From: Opitutales bacterium
GTDB lineage: Bacteria > Verrucomicrobiota > Verrucomicrobiia > Opitutales > Coraliomargaritaceae
Length of the DNA: 32,000 nt
Direction of reading: 5' to 3'
NCBI GenBank assembly: GCA_049606355.1
Contig: JBMYVL010000002.1
Location: 210,001 to 242,000 of the forward strand
Made by a program: the position numbers and the translations under genes. How positions within the stretch are numbered: the first letter of the stretch is position 1; each line of letters starts with the position of its first letter. Shown here piece after piece: positions 25,299-32,000 of this stretch. The notes beneath the pieces were generated by a model. It saw only the letters and a list, made by a program, of their open reading frames with translations. It ran no database searches and was not told the DNA's origin.

Positions 25299-25376
25299 GG
25301 TGTAAAGTGCCAGACGATGCCATAGGCATATGCGCGCTTGCTTGCAGCGCAAGTCTGAGCCCGCTTTTAGGACTGC

Positions 25377-26927
25377 TTAATGCGCCGACTCGACGGACTC
25401 CGCGGTGGTTGCGCCTACGACTTCGGCCCGAAAGGGAGTTACCGGCAAACCATTGCGATCAAACAAATTGACCACCGGATTATCGGCCCAGCCATAGCGT
25501 AGCATTGTCGGCTCGGCGATTTCGGGGTGAACGACCCGTACCCGATCCTTCGCGACAATCTCAGCCCTAGCTCGATAAAAGCTCCCGTCTGCACCCGCCA
25601 GTTCGAAGCCCTGCACCTCTGCAACGTCAAAGGCGTACAAGCCCTCAGCACTCACATGCTCAAAGCGTACTTCCACAGCAGCGTCCCGCAGCGTTAAGGT
25701 CGCAAAGCGTGGGCTCTCACAGGCCAGCTCGAAGCCATAGGTCTTGGCTAAAGCGTGTCGTGCCAAACGATCCGCTACCGTACGCTTATTACGGGGATGA
25801 ATATCGCGCCCTTCACCACAATCAATAATCACCGCCTGCCCGGAGTTGGCCACACTCAAGCTCTCGGTTTGCGCCTCGCGCAACTCAGCCCACGCGCTGC
25901 GTTGTTGTGAGGCGGAGGGCTCCGCCAGGTAATCCGCCAACTGCACCCAATAAAACGGGAAGTCACCTTGCTGCCACTGCTCGCGCCAGGTTGAAATCAA
26001 TAAGGGGAAAAGGTGCGCATAATCGCTGGCACGCGCGACATTACTCTCGCCCTGATACCAGATGACCCCGCGCATGCCATAGCCAATGATCGGATGCAAA
26101 ACGCCGTTGTACAAATTCGCTGGGCGCTGCTGCCCATCACGAAAATGGTTTGGCCAGGGCGGTGCTTTGCCGACACGGCCATTGGCGTTCCAGGCACGCC
26201 AGTTCGCCACTCGTTCCGCATGCATGGCATCGGTATAGTTGGCGGCTTTCACATCCCACTCTTCCAGGTGGCTGTGATAGCGCGGATAGGCTTCTAATAC
26301 CTCACGAGGCAACCATGCTTCCGCAGAAGAGCCACCCCAAGCATTGTCGATTAACCCGACCGTAACACCTAAGGCGCGTTGGAGGCGTTGCCCGAAATGA
26401 TAACCTACCGCCGAGAAGGAGGCCGCGACCCAACGATTGCTGGACTGCCACTTGCCCTTAAAATCCCACTGCGCCTGCTGCGACCCATAGTGGGGCACAC
26501 TGAGCATCCGCAGCTGCGCTGAAGCCGCGCCCGTTACCTCTAAATCACCGCCATCCGACTGCGCGACAGACCATTTCATGTTGGACTGCCCGGAACAGAG
26601 CCACACCTCTCCCACCATGACGTCTTCAAAACGCAGCTTTTGCCGCCCCGCGACCTCCAAGGTATAGGGGCCGCCGGCGGGCATCGGCTTCAATTTAACC
26701 TTCCAGCGCCCATCCAGACCTGCATAGGCCGTGGCCTGCTGCCCATTGATGCGGACCGTAATCCGCTCCCCTGGATCTGCCTGCCCCCAAACTGGGTTGA
26801 ACTGCTGCCGTTGCAGCACCATGTGGTCACCGAAAATCGCAGGCAGCTTAATTGCAGCGCTCGTCAGTGTCGTCGAGGCGAGTAAACAGAGGAGCGTTTT
26901 GAATGGGGTCGTTCGCAGGAAGCGCAT
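25377..26927 (-). CDS. Secreted SASA/SGNH-type carbohydrate O-acetylesterase (sialate-O-acetylesterase-like); probable acetyl-xylan or oligosaccharide deacetylase
   Basis: 516 aa with a signal peptide. The N-terminal beta-sandwich motif is FGDHMVLQR. The catalytic block is GEVWLCSGQSNM (Ser115 codon at 26583..26585). Later motifs are GVIWYQGESN and WVQLA. Confidence 0.85.
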   Translation of the reverse strand: MRFLRTTPFKTLLCLLASTTLTSAAIKLPAIFGDHMVLQRQQFNPVWGQADPGERITVRINGQQATAYAGLDGRWKVKLKPMPAGGPYTLEVAGRQKLRFEDVMVGEVWLCSGQSNMKWSVAQSDGGDLEVTGAASAQLRMLSVPHYGSQQAQWDFKGKWQSSNRWVAASFSAVGYHFGQRLQRALGVTVGLIDNAWGGSSAEAWLPREVLEAYPRYHSHLEEWDVKAANYTDAMHAERVANWRAWNANGRVGKAPPWPNHFRDGQQRPANLYNGVLHPIIGYGMRGVIWYQGESNVARASDYAHLFPLLISTWREQWQQGDFPFYWVQLADYLAEPSASQQRSAWAELREAQTESLSVANSGQAVIIDCGEGRDIHPRNKRTVADRLARHALAKTYGFELACESPRFATLTLRDAAVEVRFEHVSAEGLYAFDVAEVQGFELAGADGSFYRARAEIVAKDRVRVVHPEIAEPTMLRYGWADNPVVNLFDRNGLPVTPFRAEVVGATTAESVESAH

Positions 26928-27123
26928 CGTTTAAAGAGGGGTTGGGGATGGATTGAGACAGGCGAAGCTTTCAAAAAGGCAGAAGATTCCCTCCGAGGGA
27001 ATGCAAAAATGATTCAGCAGCGTACCGCCCCTGCCTTCCGGCCGCCTTTAATCGAGTATTTCAGTTCAATATTGCTAGGTCGTTTCGCACAGCTCTTTGT
27101 TCTCGCGGAAATCGCCGTGCAGC

Positions 27124-28230
27124 CTAGCTCCTTCCGCGGTACGCACGTGTACCACAGCCATAATGCTTCCGAAAACTATTACTCAAATGCGCAGCATGTG
27201 AGAAGCCCGTCGCTTCGGCAATACGACTTAAATTCCAATCGGTTGCAGTCAACAAAGTCGCAGCCTCACGCAAACGCATACGCATCAATACTTGATGTAA
27301 ACTCGTTTGCATAGTCTTGCTGAAGGACTGGTTCAACAAAGTCTTTGAAACCCCCAACATCGCTGCCACTTCAGGCGTTCCTACCTTTTCACTTAAATGC
27401 ATTTGCAGGAAGCTCAGCGCTTTACGAACGAGTTCATCCGCGACCGCAAACCCGTCCGTGCTGGCACGCGTGACCACTCCGACTGGCTGTACATACTCAA
27501 TCGCATCGCTCGGATCATCAGCGTTCTTCATTAGAGAGTCCAAACGCTTTGCGCCTTGAGCAACGATTTGGTTCGCATTTTTATCGATACTCGAGAGCGG
27601 CACCGACTGCACTTCACAAACCAAGGGGTTATTATCCGTACCAAGGATGGCAAAATCCATTGGCACGTGATAACCCGCATTCTGACACAGATTCGACAAC
27701 CACCCGGCATCGCCATCGTCCATGGCCAAGATGGCACAGGGGCGCTCCAACTGCTGCAGGCGCTGCAACATAAGCTCCGAGCTCTGGCAACCCTTGCCAT
27801 CCATTCGCTGCACCTGGTAGCCCCGCTCCGACAAGGCTGATCGATAGCCTGCTAAACGCAAATCGCCATAAGGGGTGCGCGTACTACTGAACCAGGCAAA
27901 ATTCGTGTGCTGATAGTGCAACAAATGCTCTGCGGCCAAACGGCCGATGGCTCGGTTGTCGGCTGAAACTCGCGGCAGTTTGAGATCCGTCCGTCCAGTC
28001 GAAAGATCCACCGCCGGCACGCCCCTAGAGAGGACGTAATCTCCAAGGGCTTTTTCATTTCCGAGTGAACACAGGATTCCCTCCCCACTCCAATTGCGTA
28101 TCATTCGTTGGGCCACCAGTAGGTTTGCATCTAAATGCCAATGGTAGCGCTGCGCTGCGGCAACTGCGGCCCGATGTGTCTGCGGATCGTAGGCACTGAG
28201 CAAGAGTAATACCCGGCGTTGAGTTAACAT
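27124..28230 (-). CDS. XylR-type hybrid regulator (PBP-like sugar-binding domain plus AraC HTH), divergent from uxaC
   Basis: 368 aa with the same architecture as 310..1476. The PBP-like part contains VPAVDLS and AILGTDNNP. The C-terminal AraC HTH is TPEVAAMLGVSKTLLNQSF ... AHLSNSFRKHYGCGTRAYR. Confidence 0.85.
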   Translation of the reverse strand: MLTQRRVLLLLSAYDPQTHRAAVAAAQRYHWHLDANLLVAQRMIRNWSGEGILCSLGNEKALGDYVLSRGVPAVDLSTGRTDLKLPRVSADNRAIGRLAAEHLLHYQHTNFAWFSSTRTPYGDLRLAGYRSALSERGYQVQRMDGKGCQSSELMLQRLQQLERPCAILAMDDGDAGWLSNLCQNAGYHVPMDFAILGTDNNPLVCEVQSVPLSSIDKNANQIVAQGAKRLDSLMKNADDPSDAIEYVQPVGVVTRASTDGFAVADELVRKALSFLQMHLSEKVGTPEVAAMLGVSKTLLNQSFSKTMQTSLHQVLMRMRLREAATLLTATDWNLSRIAEATGFSHAAHLSNSFRKHYGCGTRAYRGRS

Positions 28231-28351
28231 CGCTCCAAACTAGCCATCCCGTCTCTTTTTGCAATAAATTTAACCCAATCATGCAATAGACGACAGTCCC
28301 AATTGCCGTTATACTCGAGCTTTCAACAATTCAGCAAACGCCCGCACAGAA
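28231..28351. promoter_or_regulatory. Divergent regulator/uxaC control region
   Basis: This 121-bp spacer lies between divergent start codons. TGCAATA occurs as a direct repeat at 28260..28266 and 28282..28288 (22-bp spacing). A TATACT -10-like hexamer lies at 28310..28315, 36 nt before the uxaC ATG. There is no good -35. Confidence 0.3.
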
Positions 28352-29761
28352 ATGAGCTTCATTCACGATCATTTTCTACTCAACACCGCAACCGCGAAGA
28401 CTCTCTACCACGACTTTGCCGCAGCGCAGCCAATCATCGATTATCACTGCCACCTGTCACCGGCCGACCTCGCCAGCAACCGTCGCTTTGACAACCTCTT
28501 CGATATATGGCTTGCCGGCGACCACTACAAATGGCGTGCCATGCGCCTGAATGGCGAAGACGAACGCTTCTGCACGGGCGATGCCGACCCGCAGGAAAAA
28601 TTCATGGCCTTCGCCAGAGCGCTGCCCAAGGCCTTACGCAACCCACTCTACCACTGGTCGCATCTGGAATTAAAACGCTACTTTGGAATCGATCGCCTGC
28701 TCAATGCAAACTCGGCCTCGTCTATCTGGGAAGAAGCGAATGCCCAACTACAAAACCCCTCACACAGCGCGTGGGGGATCCTCCAATCGAATCAAGTCGA
28801 AGTCATCGGCACCACCGATGATCCAACCGATCCACTCACGGATCACGTCACGCTCCAACAATCAGATTGCCCCGCACGGGTCCTGCCCAGCTTTCGACCC
28901 GATAAGGCATTCACCGTGAACGATACCCTCGCTTGGAATGAGTGGGTCGACAAACTGGAGCAGGTCAGCAACTTACCCTGTAATCATTTGAGCAACTTCC
29001 TCGCCGCTCTGGCGCAGCGGATCGAGTTCTTCAATCAACTTGGATGCGTGGCCTCCGACCATGGCATCGAACGCTGCCCACGCATCATTTACACAGAGGC
29101 GCAAGCCCGTGACATCTTTGCGAAGGCACGTGGTGGTAACACCATTTCAGCGGACGATACCGAAGGCTTTACCGGCTTTCTCCTAAGCTGGCTCGGTGAG
29201 CGCTATCATCAACAAAACTGGGCGATGCAGTTACATCTGGGTGCGATTCGCAACGTCAATGGTGCCCTCTTCCAGCAGCTTGGTGCAGATGTGGGTTGTG
29301 ACTCGATCCACGATGTCGAGCAAGTGGCTGGCATTGCCAAGGTGCTCGGCGAACTATCCGCACGCGAAACGTTGCCCAAGGTCGTGCTGTACAACTTGGA
29401 CCCGGCAAAGAATTATGCATTTGCGACCATGTGCGGTAACTTTTTCGAAGCCGGCGTCCGCGGCAAAGTCCAGTTTGGCAGTGGCTGGTGGTTCTTGGAT
29501 CAACTCGAAGGCATGACCTTGCAGATTAACGCACTCTCCAACCTCGGTTTATTGAGCAACTTTATCGGCATGCTTACTGATTCGCGCAGCTTCATGAGTT
29601 ACCCACGTCACGAATACTTCCGACGCCTACTCTGCCGCATCCTTGGTCAGGATGTCGAAGATGGGCAAATCCCGAGAGATCTGGATCTACTCGGCAAGCT
29701 GGTCGCCGACGTGAGCTACCACAATGCCCGTCAATACTTCGGCCTCACGCCTCAAGCGTAA
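28352..29761 (+). CDS. uxaC: Glucuronate/galacturonate isomerase
   Basis: 469 aa, colinear with my recollection of E. coli UxaC: FLLNT..A..LYHD.A...[48 protein letters not shown] and [19 protein letters not shown]. Confidence 0.95.
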   Translation: MSFIHDHFLLNTATAKTLYHDFAAAQPIIDYHCHLSPADLASNRRFDNLFDIWLAGDHYKWRAMRLNGEDERFCTGDADPQEKFMAFARALPKALRNPLYHWSHLELKRYFGIDRLLNANSASSIWEEANAQLQNPSHSAWGILQSNQVEVIGTTDDPTDPLTDHVTLQQSDCPARVLPSFRPDKAFTVNDTLAWNEWVDKLEQVSNLPCNHLSNFLAALAQRIEFFNQLGCVASDHGIERCPRIIYTEAQARDIFAKARGGNTISADDTEGFTGFLLSWLGERYHQQNWAMQLHLGAIRNVNGALFQQLGADVGCDSIHDVEQVAGIAKVLGELSARETLPKVVLYNLDPAKNYAFATMCGNFFEAGVRGKVQFGSGWWFLDQLEGMTLQINALSNLGLLSNFIGMLTDSRSFMSYPRHEYFRRLLCRILGQDVEDGQIPRDLDLLGKLVADVSYHNARQYFGLTPQA

Positions 29762-29808
29762 GCCAACCTCTCCCACAGCTCTACCCATCCAAACAAGACC
29801 TTCATTTC

Positions 29809-31272
29809 ATGAAGCCTCTCAACCGTCACACCGCTCCAGCCCCGCCGATACAGCCAGAGCGCATTCTACAATTTGGTAAAGGTAACTTTCTGCGCGCATT
29901 CGCAGAATGGACAGTCCAACAGTTAAATGAGTCATCGCTGGAATTCCAGAGTTCCATCGCAATCGTCGAAGCAACCCCACGCGGAGGTGGCGAATTGATC
30001 AATCAACAAGATGGACTATATCATTTGATCCTGGAAGGAATTAAAGAGGGGAAGCCCACACGCACCACTCAGTTGATCGACTGCGTCAACCGTTGTATCA
30101 ATCCGTACAAGGAGTATAGCGTATACGAGCAATTAATCGAAAGCCCAGACCTGCGCATCATCATCTCCAATACAACCGAAGCAGGGATTCAATGGGCCGA
30201 GGGTGAAACACTGGATATGCGGCCGCCGCCCTCCTTCCCCGGGAAGATGACCGCGCTCCTCTACAAACGATTCAAACAGTTCGGAGGTGCTGCCGATAAA
30301 GGACTTATCATTCTCTGCTGCGAACTCATCGAGAACAATGGCGACCGCCTGAAAGAGCTCGTGCTCAAGCACGCCAACAACTGGAACCTTGAGGCCGATT
30401 TTATCGAATGGCTGGAGCAGTGCTGCGCCTTCTGTTCCACACTGGTCGACCGTATCGTTTCAGGTTTTCCGAAGGATCGAATTACTGAGATCCAATCCGA
30501 ACTCGGCTACGAGGATCAACTCGTTGTCGTGGGTGAACACTACCACAACTGGGTCGTCAAAGCACCGGACTGGGTAGCCGCAGAATTCCCGGCCGACAAA
30601 GTAGGCCTCAACGTCAGCTTTGTCGATGCAGCGAAGCAACGTGAAATTCGCGAACAAAAGGTGCGCATCCTCAACGGCTCACACACCGGAACCATGGCAG
30701 CAGCTTATCTCAGCGGCTTCGATACTGTTCGTGAAGCAATGGAGGACCCCTGCATCGGCCAATTCGTCAAAGATATGGTCGCTCAGGAAATCGTCCCCCA
30801 TATTCCGGGTGACCCAGACTACCTACAACAGTTTGCCGACACGATCCTTGAACGCTTCTACAACCCCTTCATCCATCACGAGTGGCTCTCCATTTCCCTT
30901 AACTCCATGAGTAAATGGGAGACCCGCGTGCTACCAAGCTTACTCGATGCGTTGAAAAATAACGGCGCCCTTCCGGAACGCATCACGCTATCACTGGCAG
31001 CCTTGATCGCCTTCTATCGAGGCAGACGCGGTGAGGATAGCTACAGTTGTAAGGACAATGCCGACATCCTTGAACTTTTTGGCAAAGTTTGGGGCGACTA
31101 CGAATCGAACACGCTGGAACTGGAATCGCTGGTCCGCACCGTGCTCGCCTACGAGGCGAACTGGAAACGCGACCTCAACCAAATCCCAGGCCTAACGACT
31201 GCCGTAACCCGAAAGCTCGCCAGCATCCTTACCTACGGCATGCGCGAAACCCTAAAAACGGTTCAAGCTTAG
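29809..31272 (+). CDS. uxaB: Tagaturonate reductase (altronate oxidoreductase)
   Basis: 487 aa, colinear with my recollection of E. coli UxaB: [69 protein letters not shown] and [10 protein letters not shown]. Confidence 0.93.
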   Translation: MKPLNRHTAPAPPIQPERILQFGKGNFLRAFAEWTVQQLNESSLEFQSSIAIVEATPRGGGELINQQDGLYHLILEGIKEGKPTRTTQLIDCVNRCINPYKEYSVYEQLIESPDLRIIISNTTEAGIQWAEGETLDMRPPPSFPGKMTALLYKRFKQFGGAADKGLIILCCELIENNGDRLKELVLKHANNWNLEADFIEWLEQCCAFCSTLVDRIVSGFPKDRITEIQSELGYEDQLVVVGEHYHNWVVKAPDWVAAEFPADKVGLNVSFVDAAKQREIREQKVRILNGSHTGTMAAAYLSGFDTVREAMEDPCIGQFVKDMVAQEIVPHIPGDPDYLQQFADTILERFYNPFIHHEWLSISLNSMSKWETRVLPSLLDALKNNGALPERITLSLAALIAFYRGRRGEDSYSCKDNADILELFGKVWGDYESNTLELESLVRTVLAYEANWKRDLNQIPGLTTAVTRKLASILTYGMRETLKTVQA

Positions 31273-31285
31273 AGACTTTTCATCG

Positions 31286-32000
31286 ATGACTGAGCAATTC
31301 CATGATATCGCACGCCTGCCAGTCCCTAGCGATAACGCCGCAATCTCGCTCGTCGACCTCAAGGCAGGCACCACGGTTGAGGCAGGCAGCACACGCTTCG
31401 ACCTCAAGCATGACGTGCTGACTGGACATCGCTTCGCAATTACCGCCATCCCCAAAGGCAGCTACATTACATCGTGGGCATATCCGTTCGGCACCGCCTG
31501 TAGAGATATCGCCAAAGGCGAATACCTCTGCAACGCCAACGTCCTCTACCGCCTCTCGATTCAGGAAGCTGTCCAATTTACTGACCTAAAGCTGCCCGAC
31601 CAAGCAAACTTTGTTGATGATATTGAGCCCTTCAGCTTCGACGAATCTACCTGGAAAAAACCTCCGCCAGTGCGCCTCTATGAAACGCCACGCACCTTTC
31701 TCGGTTACAAACGAAGCAAGCGTGGCGTAGGGACTCGCAACCACTTCGTTATCGTCAACACTTGTGCGACGACAGCACCACTCGTTGAACGCCTTGAAGC
31801 AATCTACAAGGACAAGGCCAGTGCATACAAAAATGTCGATGCCATCATCGGACTGCGCCACACCGAAAACTCCAGCATCCATGCTGAAGAGAATGAGCGC
31901 ACACTGCGCACACTCGCTGGCCTCATCAGTAATGCCAATGTCGGTGGTTTCATTGCCATCGACAGTGGCCTGGAAGGTGACCTGAGTAACAACGATCTGA
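31286..32000 (+). CDS. uxaA: UxaA-family altronate dehydratase, N-terminal part only (runs off the right edge)
   Basis: I translated this by hand from the ATG at 31286, 13 bp after the uxaB stop. It reads MTEQFHDIARLPVPSDNAAISLVDLKAGTTVEAG...LTGHRFAITAIPKGSYI (SAF-type N-terminal domain with the GH+FA motif), then ...GYKRSKRGVGTRNHFVIVNTCA (the dehydratase-domain G.RN motif). The frame stays open to position 32000. It is absent from the ORF track because no stop lies within the window. Confidence 0.85.
   Translation, partial: MTEQFHDIARLPVPSDNAAISLVDLKAGTTVEAGSTRFDLKHDVLTGHRFAITAIPKGSYITSWAYPFGTACRDIAKGEYLCNANVLYRLSIQEAVQFTDLKLPDQANFVDDIEPFSFDESTWKKPPPVRLYETPRTFLGYKRSKRGVGTRNHFVIVNTCATTAPLVERLEAIYKDKASAYKNVDAIIGLRHTENSSIHAEENERTLRTLAGLISNANVGGFIAIDSGLEGDLSNNDL

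Noticed and set aside
26986-27002. The palindrome ATTCCCTC-C-GAGGGAAT, about 120 nt downstream of the second regulator gene, as a terminator
   Set aside because: It has a 1-nt loop, so the effective stem is short. The T-run on the minus strand (CTTTTTG) is separated from the stem by about 8 nt. It could equally be an operator for the esterase gene, so I did not list it as a feature.
1-32000. Mobile elements, CRISPR arrays, tRNA/rRNA genes and defence systems
   Set aside because: No transposase, integrase or recombinase-like translation appears in any frame of the ORF track. There are no regularly spaced short direct repeats and no tRNA-like or rRNA-like conserved segments in the few non-coding spacers.

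Overview
This window is a carbohydrate-utilisation region. It probably comes from a marine PVC-type bacterium (Verrucomicrobiota-like); that assignment is inferred from gene content and motifs only. The core is eleven minus-strand genes running from 24281 down to 1493, mostly separated by 1-20 bp. They comprise five Cys-type (formylglycine) sulfatases interleaved with three GH10 or GH10-like xylanases, a 1451-aa secreted protein built from two unrecognised module types, a signal-less GH52 beta-xylosidase and a GPH-family sugar:cation symporter. An intrinsic-terminator-like hairpin at 8001..8031 splits the cluster just upstream of the GH52 start codon. Two XylR-type regulators (periplasmic-binding-protein fold plus AraC HTH) flank the cluster at 310..1476 and 27124..28230. 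The right flank carries two convergent DoxX-like membrane genes, a SASA/SGNH O-acetylesterase and a uxaC-uxaB-uxaA hexuronate operon, with uxaA truncated by the window edge. I recognised no rRNA, tRNA, CRISPR array, transposase or integrase. The main candidates for novelty are three. First, the sulfatase and xylanase genes are interleaved, which suggests a sulfated xylose-containing glycan as substrate. Second, the giant protein arranges its modules in an A-B-B-A order. Third, a GH10 xylanase and a sulfatase share a C-terminal cassette, and its terminal domain also ends the giant protein, so it may be a sorting or anchoring tag. Family calls come from motifs read in the supplied translations; no database search was possible.
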